Source of the DNA: Ascoidea asiatica JCM 7603
Taxonomy: Eukaryota > Fungi > Ascomycota
Reading direction: 5' to 3'
Assembly (NCBI GenBank): GCA_001600695.1
Contig: BCKQ01000003.1
Span: 840,587 to 904,586, forward strand
Length of the DNA: 64,000 nucleotides
Shown: positions 35,815-46,125 of the stretch, piece by piece
Position numbering within the stretch: the stretch's first letter is position 1
Layout of the letters: each line of letters starts with the position of its first letter
Notes under the pieces: generated by a model
Told to the model about the DNA's origin: nothing
Database searches by the model: none
What the model saw: the letters and a program-made list of their open reading frames with translations, nothing else
Translations under genes and position numbers: made by a program

Positions 35815-36112
35815 ATGGTAAGTAACTAATCATATATATCAATATAATATATATCAATATAATATATATCAATATAATATTACTTAATCAATCAATTTTA
35901 CTAACAATATAATTAATTTAATTAATTTTTTATTTATTTAGTCTGGTTTAAAAAAATGTCTTTTATGTGAACAAAATTTTCCTGAAATTGGTATTAATAA
36001 AATTGGTTTATGTTTTGGTTGTTCAGGAATTTATTTTAGAGAAATGCAAAGTCCATTAGCTGATAGATATAAATTAATTTCAAAATTAAAAGGTAAAGGT
36101 AAATTTAAATAA
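35815..36112 (+). CDS. Unannotated 57-aa putative zinc-binding micro-protein (CxxC-x14-CxxC, basic tail); exons 35815-35817 and 35942-36112
   Basis: CAAAATG|GTAAGT...TACTAAC (35899-35905)...TTAG|. Product: MSGLKKCLLCEQNFPEIGINKIGLCFGCSGIYFREMQSPLADRYKLISKLKGKGKFK*. Every non-Met codon ends in A/T, like host genes. TATATAAA at 35641. Confidence 0.8.
35818..35941 (+). other. Spliceosomal intron (124 nt) immediately after the ATG of the micro-gene
   Basis: Canonical GTAAGT donor, TACTAAC branch point and TAG acceptor. Confidence 0.85.
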
Positions 36113-36613
36113 TCTATTATATTATAATCAATCTATTATATTATATATCTATATTATATCAATGTTAATGTTAATGTCAATGTTTTATATCTATATCTAT
36201 ATTTATCTTTTAATTACATCTTTGCTATTTCATTAACTATTTCATTAACTATTTCATATATTATCATTATCATTTAATTCATTCTTTATCTATTCATTTA
36301 GTTATTCATTTAGTTATTCATTTAATAAACTTCATTTCTTTTTATATCATTCTCACTCGTCATTATAATTACTGTAATTAATGATTGATTGAAGAATAAA
36401 ATTATTTAATAAAAATAAAAAATATTTATAGTCACGTGCATATTAAACTAGAGCCTTAACACTGGACCGCTGGCTTTTATCAAGAATTTAATTAAATATT
36501 CCTTTATATTTGTTTATCTATTATTTATATCTTATTTGTTTATTTATTTATTTATCTATCTTCATTCAATTCAATTCAATTCAATTCAATTCAATCAATT
36601 CATTATATTCAAA

Positions 36614-37468
36614 ATGACAAATGATATCTCAAATAATAACAATTCAAATGACAATAAAGATGATAATGAATTAAATGAAATTTTAAAAGATCAATTATTA
36701 GATTCTTCTCGTTTAGATAATTTAGATTTACTTAATTCAATTTTTAAAAAATTAAATAATAATAATTTAAAAATTTCAAATTTAATTAATTCAACTTTTG
36801 ATACTTTTGGTAATACTCCTTTACATCTTTCAATAAAATATGGTAGTTTTCAAATCTTAGATACAATCTTAGATTTTGAAAATATAGAAATTGATCCAAA
36901 AAATAAAATTAATTATGAAACTCCATTACATTTCTCAATTTATTATTTATTTAATATTACTGATAACTTTAATAATAATAATAACAAAAAAGATATTTTG
37001 GAACTTGAAGATAAATTAAATTTTGGTAAATTATTACTTGAAACTTTAATTGAATCAGGTTCAGATCCAAGAATTAAAAATAAAAATAATGAAAAATCAA
37101 TAGATTTAATTTATTTAAAATTTCCAAATTTATTATCAAAAAATTTTAATAATAAAATTATTTTAAATTTTCAAGAAAATTTTTATTTAAATTTAATAAA
37201 TTATTTAAAAAATTCTGAATTACAATTTATTCAAGAAGAATCTATACAATTTTTAGAAAAAAAATCTTCATTAAATTCAATTACCAATAATAATAATAAT
37301 AATAATAATAATGATAATAATATAATTCCAGATGAATTTAAACAAAATATTTCAAATTCAGATTCAAATTCAGATTCAAATTCAGCTTCAGATTCTGATG
37401 ATGAAAATGATATTGATGATCCAAATATTCAAAATTTATCAAATAATACTAAAAAATTATCAATTTAA
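36614..37468 (+). CDS. Ankyrin-repeat protein, YGL242C-like
   Basis: First ATG at 36614. Motifs QLLDSSRLDNLDLL, DTFGNTPLHLS, EIDPKN..ETPLH and ESGSDPRIKN, with an acidic tail. It neighbours KAP114 and RTF1, as YGL242C does in S. cerevisiae. Confidence 0.8.
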   Translation: MTNDISNNNNSNDNKDDNELNEILKDQLLDSSRLDNLDLLNSIFKKLNNNNLKISNLINSTFDTFGNTPLHLSIKYGSFQILDTILDFENIEIDPKNKINYETPLHFSIYYLFNITDNFNNNNNKKDILELEDKLNFGKLLLETLIESGSDPRIKNKNNEKSIDLIYLKFPNLLSKNFNNKIILNFQENFYLNLINYLKNSELQFIQEESIQFLEKKSSLNSITNNNNNNNNNDNNIIPDEFKQNISNSDSNSDSNSASDSDDENDIDDPNIQNLSNNTKKLSI

Positions 37469-37721
37469 TCTTTCATTTCTTATTTCTCTTTATCTCTATT
37501 CATTCTTTATCTTTTTTCATCTTTTTCATCTTTTTCATCTTTTTCATCTTTTTCATCTTTTTTTTCTCATATTATCTAATTTCTCACTTTTTTTATTTCA
37601 AATTCATTTAATTTTCATCTTTTTTAGAATCTTCTTTTTTATTTATACAATATATAGTTATATTTATATTTATATTTATATTTATATATAATTTAATAAA
37701 CCCATTTTTTTTTAATTATAT

Positions 37722-40700
37722 TTAAATAATCTCTTTGGCTAAAATTGTTTTTTCTTCATCATTTAATTTCTCATAATATTTCTTAATTCTATTATTATTT
37801 TCTTTATTCTTAAAACATTCTTTAAAAAATTCAATTAAAATTTCTTTTATACTACGTTTATCTTTTATTTTATTTCTTTTTATTCCATTTATTTCATATT
37901 CCCCTTCTTCATAATCACTATCATCATCACCATAATCATCATCATCTTCATCTGTTCTTTCTATTTCCATTTCTCGTTCTCCATCAACTTCTTCAACTAC
38001 ATTTTCATAATCTGAAATATATTTCCTTAATTTATCAAATGTTGGAACTCCAATATCTTCAATATCTTCCCATCCATCTTCATCTTTACTTTCATCATTT
38101 TCATTTTCATTCTCAGTTTCATTTATTTCATCTTCCATTTTACCAATTATAAAATCATTTGGATCTGGTTGTTGAGTTTCAAATTTTAATTCTGATATAA
38201 ATAATTTTAAAATTTTTATATTTCCATTTATTTTTTCATATTTTAATGGATGTTTTTTACTTATTGATCTTGTAATAATTAAATTTGGATCTAATCCTTG
38301 ATCTTTTAATAAATCTCCATCAAAATAAATTTTTTCAATTCTTAAATCTTCAAGTAAAAAAATTTTACCTAATGCTAATATATTTTTTTTTAATTTTTCT
38401 TTACCTGAAATACTTGAAAAAATTTCAAACCATGAATTTAAAACAATTTCTAATCCATTTTTATAAAATTCATTATTATTTAAAAAAAATTTTATTTTTA
38501 TATCATATAAAATATTTATAATTTCATTTGTTGAAATTAAAATTAAATTACAAAAAACTAAAATTAAATTTTCTTTAATTAAAATTTCTTTACAAATTGA
38601 TAATCTTTTAATAATTAATTCAATAATTATAAAATAATATTCATTAAGATAATTACCAAGTTTATTTATTATTGAATTTATAATTATTCCACTAAATTTT
38701 GCTGCAGAATCTGATAATTCAATTAAAAGAAATTTTTGTATACATTTTAAAAGAATTTCAATTCCTGAATTATTTCTTAAAAAATCTTTATATTCAATAA
38801 AATAATTTGAATTTGAACTTATTAATATTGAATTTAAAACTTCACTACTTGTTTGTAAAATTTGATCATCAATATTATCTAATAAAATTAAATTAATTAA
38901 TTTTGGAAATATAAATTTAAATACATCATTTGGTAATTCTTTATTTGGACAATATTTTATAAAACTATTAATTAATTCTAATGAAAAAATTAATTCTGAA
39001 GAATATTCACATGAATTTGAATAATTTTTAATATTTTCATTAATAATTTCAATTAAAATTGGTAATCCAAATTCTGCTTGTTTTAAATATTGTTGTAAAG
39101 AAATTCCTTTTAAAAAAATTTTTAAAACATTTTTTGCATCTTCAATTATTGTTAAATTACTAAAATCTATTGCAGAAATTTTAAAAATTAATTTAATTAT
39201 TGTATCATTTAATCTTGCAGTTTCAAAATTAATTTTTATTAATGGTGTTAAACTTTCCATTAAAATTGTTGGTGTATCATCTGTTGAAGAATCTAATAAA
39301 TCAGAAATAATTGATAAAATCATTTCTTGATATGTTGAAGATATTTGAAGTTTATCAAATTCTAAAATATTATTATAAAATGATAAAGCAATTAAAGTTG
39401 ATGATCTAACTAAGTTAACTTTATTTTTAATATCATCATCTTCATCATCATCTTCTTCTTCTCTAGAATTATTATTATGATTTTCATTTAAATATTTATG
39501 TAAATTAAATGAAGTTTCAATTGAGATAGTAAATGAATGTATAATTAATTCTTTATTAAGTAAATCTGAGAATCTTTCAATAAATTTAGTTATAAGAAGT
39601 AAACTTCTAGAAATAATAAATGGATTTTCATTAATTTGAATATTAACAACAAATTTATATAAATCATTAAAAGTTATATTCATTTCAGTAAATTTTAAAA
39701 GTAAATCTTCAGGCTCTTCATCATCAACAAAATCATTAATAAATAAACCTTGTAAGATTGATAAAATAGATTCTTTAATTAAATAATAATTATTTTTTGA
39801 AAGTATTTGAAAACATGGTAATGAATTATTTATAATAGATAAATTTTGAAATGAATTTAATTTTGAATTTTCTAAAAAATTTAAACCATTTATAGAAAAA
39901 GATAAATATTTAAATGAATCAAAAGAATTTAATTCTGATAAATATTCATTAATTGAATCTCTAACATTATAATCAACACTCATTCCAGATTCTATTGTTA
40001 CAAAAGAATTGAAATTTAATAAATAATCTTCAATTGTATCATTTGGATAAATATTAAAAATTACAATTGAATTAAATAATTTCAATAATAAATCATCATT
40101 TTTGAATTTATTTTCAGCAGAAGGATCAGATAATGAATTATCACTAACACAAGTTAAGAATTGAAAAATTTGAATTAATAACTTACTTAAAGATTGATCA
40201 TCAGAATCAATTGAAGTAGAATGTGAGGAAGAAGAGGAATTAATAATTGAGTAATCTGAATTTGAATTTGAATTTGAATTTGAATTTGAATTTGAATTTG
40301 AAATATTTAAATTAGAAGGATCTATTGATTGTTTATAGTAAAATAATGTTAAAGAAGATAATTGATTGATTGCCAATGGAATTAATTCTGGATAATAATG
40401 TTTTAATTTAAAATAATTGACTAAAGATACTAAAATTTTATAAAATTGTTCAGCTAATTTTAAATAATCTAATTCTAAGATTTTATTTGAAATTGTATAA
40501 TTGTATAAATCATTTAATAAAGATATTAATAATTTCATTATTTGAACAACAGTTGATTGAACAAAATTTTTTCTTTTTTTATTATTATTTGATTCAGAAG
40601 ATTGAAATTGTTTTAAACAATTTTCTAAAAATTTTGAAGCTTCAATTTTTACATTAAGAGAAATTTGATTATTTGATTGTGATAAAAGATTAATACAATA

Positions 40701-41240
40701 ATTAATTGTATTTAAACCAACGGAACCTTCATAAAATTGTTCATCAGTTATTATATCATCAAAAATATTTGTTAAAACTATTAAACCACCAAGTAATGAA
40801 TTTTCATTACAATTTGAATTTGATAAATCTATAAAAGAGTATAATATATTTAATAAATCTGGCCATTCATCAGGATAATCAACAACAGCAATTTGAGAAA
40901 TACAATAAGCAGAAGAACTTTTAATTTTACTATCATTATCAATTAATAAATTTAATAATTGAGATCTAATAATTTTTTTAATATTTTGATTTATTGGATT
41001 ACCTTTAAAAGATACAAACCCAATTGACCAATAATATGGAACTAGTCTTTTTAAATTTAATAAAGCACTTTGTCTATTTGATATTAATTGATTTAAATCA
41101 GAAGCAATATTAATTAAAGCTAAAGAAATATTGGAAGGATCATTTGAAGAAATTTCTTTAAAATTTGATTCAGCTTGAGAACGAATTGAGTTATCTGGAT
41201 TTTGAGTATTTATAAGAATATCTAAAATTGTTGAGTCCAT
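37722..41240 (-). CDS. KAP114: Karyopherin Kap114 / importin-9
   Basis: IBN_N start (NPDNSIRSQAE), PYYWSIGF, IAVVDYPDEWPDL, IITRSISKKHP and an acidic loop with DGWEDIED. Confidence 0.92.
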   Translation of the reverse strand: MDSTILDILINTQNPDNSIRSQAESNFKEISSNDPSNISLALINIASDLNQLISNRQSALLNLKRLVPYYWSIGFVSFKGNPINQNIKKIIRSQLLNLLIDNDSKIKSSSAYCISQIAVVDYPDEWPDLLNILYSFIDLSNSNCNENSLLGGLIVLTNIFDDIITDEQFYEGSVGLNTINYCINLLSQSNNQISLNVKIEASKFLENCLKQFQSSESNNNKKRKNFVQSTVVQIMKLLISLLNDLYNYTISNKILELDYLKLAEQFYKILVSLVNYFKLKHYYPELIPLAINQLSSLTLFYYKQSIDPSNLNISNSNSNSNSNSNSNSDYSIINSSSSSHSTSIDSDDQSLSKLLIQIFQFLTCVSDNSLSDPSAENKFKNDDLLLKLFNSIVIFNIYPNDTIEDYLLNFNSFVTIESGMSVDYNVRDSINEYLSELNSFDSFKYLSFSINGLNFLENSKLNSFQNLSIINNSLPCFQILSKNNYYLIKESILSILQGLFINDFVDDEEPEDLLLKFTEMNITFNDLYKFVVNIQINENPFIISRSLLLITKFIERFSDLLNKELIIHSFTISIETSFNLHKYLNENHNNNSREEEDDDEDDDIKNKVNLVRSSTLIALSFYNNILEFDKLQISSTYQEMILSIISDLLDSSTDDTPTILMESLTPLIKINFETARLNDTIIKLIFKISAIDFSNLTIIEDAKNVLKIFLKGISLQQYLKQAEFGLPILIEIINENIKNYSNSCEYSSELIFSLELINSFIKYCPNKELPNDVFKFIFPKLINLILLDNIDDQILQTSSEVLNSILISSNSNYFIEYKDFLRNNSGIEILLKCIQKFLLIELSDSAAKFSGIIINSIINKLGNYLNEYYFIIIELIIKRLSICKEILIKENLILVFCNLILISTNEIINILYDIKIKFFLNNNEFYKNGLEIVLNSWFEIFSSISGKEKLKKNILALGKIFLLEDLRIEKIYFDGDLLKDQGLDPNLIITRSISKKHPLKYEKINGNIKILKLFISELKFETQQPDPNDFIIGKMEDEINETENENENDESKDEDGWEDIEDIGVPTFDKLRKYISDYENVVEEVDGEREMEIERTDEDDDDYGDDDSDYEEGEYEINGIKRNKIKDKRSIKEILIEFFKECFKNKENNNRIKKYYEKLNDEEKTILAKEII

Positions 41241-42393
41241 TTGTTTTAAGTTGTTAAAAAAAGAGTTATAATAAAAAATTGATATGAAAAAAAAGTTATT
41301 AGTTATTAGTTATTAGTTATTAATTATTAATTATTAGATACTAATTGTTGAATTGAATTAGTATTTATTAGTGGTCAGGATCTTATCCTTTGAAAATTTG
41401 AAATAAATTTAGTCAGAGAATGAATTAAAAATTGACTAATTGAGAATAATAATAATATTATTTTGTTTATGACAATTTAGTCTCTATAGTTTCTCTGGAT
41501 ATTGGAGTAATTATTAAAGCTTCATAAAAAGACTTCTTGTAAACAATAAATGAAAGCAAAAAAAAAGCTGAATCAAGTTGTGAACCAAGTGCTGGAATTG
41601 AAAATGATTTGAATAATTCAATAAAGATGTATCAATTATATTTTCAGAATGAATTAACAATAATTTAGCAATAAATTGAATTAATTTAAATTAATTTGAA
41701 ATAAAATAATAAATAAATAATAAATAATAAAACCAGAAAACCGTTAAAGAATCAAAAAAATAAAGCATTAAAACATTAAAGCTTTAAGAATTAAAATACT
41801 TTAACGCCAGTTCAAATCTCCCAGTGAAAAACACGACAATTTTCATTTTCACACCCAACGCCAAAAATCAAATAATCAAATATTTTTTCGGTGCGTGCGC
41901 CAAAATTCCAATTTTTCTTCTGTCCACTGGGAATTTGCACTTGAATATTATTTTATTGATTATTTTATTTATTATTTTATTGATTATTTCAACAGTTTTG
42001 ATTTCTGAAAGAGAATATGAGCTTATGAGTCTAAGAATATGAGAATTATTATGAGCTTAGTGATCATGAAAGAAGGTTGAAGAAGTTAGGCAGACTCTGC
42101 AAATAAAATTATGATTAATGTTAGTGTTCAGATTTAAGAACCAAGCTTTAACTACAGAAATATCAGTACTGTTGATAAGAATTGGTTTTATTATTATTAA
42201 TATTTTTATTAATATTCTTATTAATTACAGAGAAGAATGAAAAGAAAGACAAAAGAAAAATTAAAAAGAAAGACAAACCTGTTTTAAAGATAAGAAAAAA
42301 TACACAGAGATAACTAAGAGATAAGAAAAGATAACAAAGATAAACTGAAGTAAACAGAGATAAACTTTATTTTAAAAGAAAAATAATATATAA

Positions 42394-44559
42394 TCAATCA
42401 ACTTTGATATCTAAGTTTAAATTTATAGATTGAATTACTTCATCTAAACCACCAAATTGACGATATCTAGCTTTTAATAATAATTGTTCTTCAACTTGAG
42501 CATTTTCTTCTTTTTTAATAGTTTCTTCAATAATTTCTGCTTTTGCATTTTCATTTGCTTCTTTTTGAGCTTCTTCATAATACATTTTTGTATTTGTTTT
42601 TAATCTACTAAATGGATTTTGAAATTCACCTTTTGATTGTTTTTTTCTTAATTCACTATTTTTAATTTCTGCTTGTCTAACAGAAATTTCATTTTGTCTT
42701 CTTGCTCTTTCTGATAATTTATCTAATTTTGATAATGAAGAATCAACTGAATTTTGTTTTTGATAAACTTTAATTGAATGATTTAATAATCTTAATTTTT
42801 TTTCAGAATCTTTAATACCTTTAATATCATTTTTAGCAATTGCAACTTTTAACATTGAATTTAATTCAGTTTTTTTAATAATTGCATTAACACCAACTTT
42901 ATTTGTTGTTAATTTTCTTCTTCTTTCAATAATTTGACTATTTTCTTCTTTTGATAAAATTTTTGATGTTAAATTTTTTAATTCATTATATTTTTCTTTA
43001 TATTCTTTAAAAGTTGGTAATTTATCTTTTAAAAATTTTAATTGTTCTAAATAAAAATTAAATTCATTTATTGAAATTTTTTGATCTGAACAATTTGTAA
43101 ATGGAAATCTTTTAATTTTTTTACCAATTTTTACTAAAACATATTGATCAACAGTTATTTTATTTAATTTATATGGTGATGCATAAGAAATTTTATGAAT
43201 TTTAAATAATTGATATCTACCAGGACCAATTGTTACTCTAACATAAGCATTTTTTGCAACTTCATTAAAATTTGGATATTGACAATAATTTTCAAAACCA
43301 GATCTACCTAATTTAATATTATTAACTTCTTTAATTGTAACAAAATCATTTAAATTTGAACTTGGAACTATATTTATATTTGAACTTGAATTTGTAAGAG
43401 AAATTGAAGAAATTGATTTATTTGAATGATTTGAATGATTTGAATAAGAATCTGATTTAGATTTTGATTTTGATTTTGATTTAGAATTTGATTGAAGATT
43501 ATCAGGATCATAATCATCATTATCATCTTCTGGAGAATAATCATCATTTTCATCTTCGTCATTTTCATTTTCGTTTTCATTTTCATTTTCATCATCTTCA
43601 TCATTATCATATTCTTCATTATTATTATCATAAGAATCTTCATTAAGTTCATAATCATCATTATCATTATCATAAGATTTTGATTGATTTGATTTTATTG
43701 CTCTTTGTTTTTTCAATTCAGATAATTGATTTGATTTAATTTGTTTTTTTGAATTTTTATTTAAATTTTTATCTTTATCTTTATCTTTATCTTTATCTTT
43801 ATTTTTATTTTTAATTAATTTTGCTTGAGTTAATTCTTTATCTTTTTTAATTCTATCATTTAATTTTTCTTCTTGTTTTAATCTATTCATTAAAAATTTT
43901 TTTTCTTTATGCTTTTCTAATTGTTGAACTCTTTCAAATAAAATTTGTTCTCTTTCAATTTCATTCATATTTAATAATTTTGATTTATCATTTTCATCAA
44001 TATATTTACCTTCTAAAGGATATGGATTTATATCATTTTTTAATTTTTCATTTATGTAATCAATTTCATTTATTTTATTATATTTATTATTATTGTTATT
44101 ATTATTATCATCTAGTTCTTGATCAGATTGATCAGATTGAAATTCTTTAAAATCATTATTCAGATTATAATTATCATTATCATTTTCATTATCATTATCA
44201 TTTTCATTATCATTTTCATTATCATTTTGGTTATCATTATCTTGAAGAATATGATCTGATTTTTTGGGTATACTCATATTATCATTATGATTATTATTGT
44301 CATTCTCTTGATCATCTACAAATTTATTAGAATCAGCATTTCCATATATGTCGTCATCATCATCTTCTTCAATATTTTCATCATCACCTGCATAAATATT
44401 ATCTTGTTTCTTTCTTTTTGGTAATTGTTGATTTAAATTTGATGAAGATTTCCTTTTTTTTGAATCATCTGAAGATAATTTTTCTGAATGATTTTCTGTT
44501 TCAGAATCAGAATCAATTCCTCCAGCTAAAGCTAAAAGATCATCATCTAAATCAGACAT
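42394..44559 (-). CDS. RTF1: Paf1 complex subunit Rtf1
   Basis: MSDLDDDLLALAG; HMD region NPYPLEGKY..MNEIEREQILFER; Plus3 domain; NPFSRLKT. Confidence 0.95.
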   Translation of the reverse strand: MSDLDDDLLALAGGIDSDSETENHSEKLSSDDSKKRKSSSNLNQQLPKRKKQDNIYAGDDENIEEDDDDDIYGNADSNKFVDDQENDNNNHNDNMSIPKKSDHILQDNDNQNDNENDNENDNDNENDNDNYNLNNDFKEFQSDQSDQELDDNNNNNNNKYNKINEIDYINEKLKNDINPYPLEGKYIDENDKSKLLNMNEIEREQILFERVQQLEKHKEKKFLMNRLKQEEKLNDRIKKDKELTQAKLIKNKNKDKDKDKDKDKNLNKNSKKQIKSNQLSELKKQRAIKSNQSKSYDNDNDDYELNEDSYDNNNEEYDNDEDDENENENENENDEDENDDYSPEDDNDDYDPDNLQSNSKSKSKSKSKSDSYSNHSNHSNKSISSISLTNSSSNINIVPSSNLNDFVTIKEVNNIKLGRSGFENYCQYPNFNEVAKNAYVRVTIGPGRYQLFKIHKISYASPYKLNKITVDQYVLVKIGKKIKRFPFTNCSDQKISINEFNFYLEQLKFLKDKLPTFKEYKEKYNELKNLTSKILSKEENSQIIERRRKLTTNKVGVNAIIKKTELNSMLKVAIAKNDIKGIKDSEKKLRLLNHSIKVYQKQNSVDSSLSKLDKLSERARRQNEISVRQAEIKNSELRKKQSKGEFQNPFSRLKTNTKMYYEEAQKEANENAKAEIIEETIKKEENAQVEEQLLLKARYRQFGGLDEVIQSINLNLDIKVD

Positions 44560-44879
44560 TTCTAATATAAATTTAGTTGGTTAATTATTTGAATAGTTTC
44601 AATAGTTTTTTAGATTATATTAATAATAATTGAAATAAATCATTAAACTTATTCTTTATCCTTATTGTATTTATTATTTATTATATTTATTATATTCATT
44701 CATTTATTATAAAATAAGAGCCCTAAATAAACGTCATGTGACTTTCTAAAAGAAGGGCTCTTTTTTTTGAAATTTATATTTTATGAGATTCTCCCTTCGA
44801 GGGATTCGAAACAACAGACATGATTTTAAAAGCCAAAAAAGCCAGGTTTGTGGGTATAATCTCCAGAGGAAGTATTTTG

Positions 44880-45400
44880 GCTGGTGTCATTTACGACCCC
44901 TTGTTATCACGTGCCTATAAGCGAAGTCAAACTGAACTGAAACATCTTCTTCCATAGTAAACTTTGACATCTTTCTCAGTTTTCTCCTTTTCTTTTCTGT
45001 TCAATGAAATAACGAGAGAAACTCCTTGGCGGAAAAAGAAGGCCCCTTGAAAGTGGATCAGTTTCAATACCCACTTTTAGTAGCCGCACATTAGCACGTG
45101 ATTGTAGACACCACTTTGTAATTGATTGCTACGAAGCAATCTTTGCTCAAAGCAATAAACAATTTAACGTTAACGCTAATAAAAGAGCTTTCAAATCTCA
45201 TCTCATCTTTGTGTCGAGTTAGTTCAGGATTCGAGATTTATCCGGATCCTGTTTTTGATATGATGCCACTTTTCTTTTTTTGCAATTCTGTGCCCTTGTC
45301 ACCTGTGCTAAAGCGTTCTAAGAAGTGCTGCTCTGCATTTTTCTGATCTTCCCTGGACGCTTTTTAAAGCATATTCCAGAGTGGCACCCCTTCTATCGGA
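44880..45400. promoter_or_regulatory. GPH1/RTF1 divergent promoter with STRE and E-box motifs
   Basis: CCCCT at 44897, 45043 and 45387; TCACGTG at 44907; CACGTGA at 45095. GPH1 is a known STRE/Msn2-4 target in S. cerevisiae. Confidence 0.55.
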
Positions 45401-45616
45401 ACATTGCCTGACTGCGGTGACATTAAAAAAAAAAAACGCTCCAGCAATAAGCCATATGGCAGCGAAATGGTACCAGCGGGTGGCCCAGAAATCCCCGTGT
45501 GGGAACAGCGAAACCCTTTCTTCTCCTATCCGGATCTCTTTTTGTTTTGTTCTGTGAAAAGTGAACTCAATTCTTTAAATTCCTTGGTTGTTACGCTTGC
45601 TCCGAGTTCTCTGGTG

Positions 45617-45667
45617 GTTACTGAACAGTTACTGAACAGTTACTAAACAGTTACTGAACAGTTACTG
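45617..45667 (+). repeat. 11-bp tandem repeat GTTACTGAACA x4.6
   Basis: Direct repeat with one variant unit (GTTACTAAACA). Confidence 0.9.
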
Positions 45668-46125
45668 TATGGCTCCAATCCCGATAAGAGACTTTCCTCT
45701 GCTCTCTGCCAGTTTAATTCGATGTCGAAATCCAAACCACTGCAATAATTCCATATCTAATGCCAAAATCCATACTAATAATAATAACACTAATAATAAT
45801 GATAATAATAACTAACAATAATTCAAATGATAATCAAATAATCAAATCTTTGAGAAAAAAATAATAATTTTTAAGCTGGATAAAGTGGAATTACTTATCA
45901 AAATAATCATAATTTATTATATCAATTATCATTTATACTCAACAAAATCATATAAATTAATATATATTATATTTATATATTTTTATAACCACCAAATTGA
46001 TATTGAAATCTTATCTATATTCCTTTATTTGCTTTATATCCTCATTTATCAACTTAATCGATTTAATAAAACTGATCAAAATAATAATAATAATATCATA
46101 TTAATCAATTAAGAATTTTTAAAAA

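Noticed and set aside
44791-44812. GGGATTCGAA, resembling a reversed tRNA T-loop / B-box
   Set aside because: It lacks GGTTC and no cloverleaf can be built.
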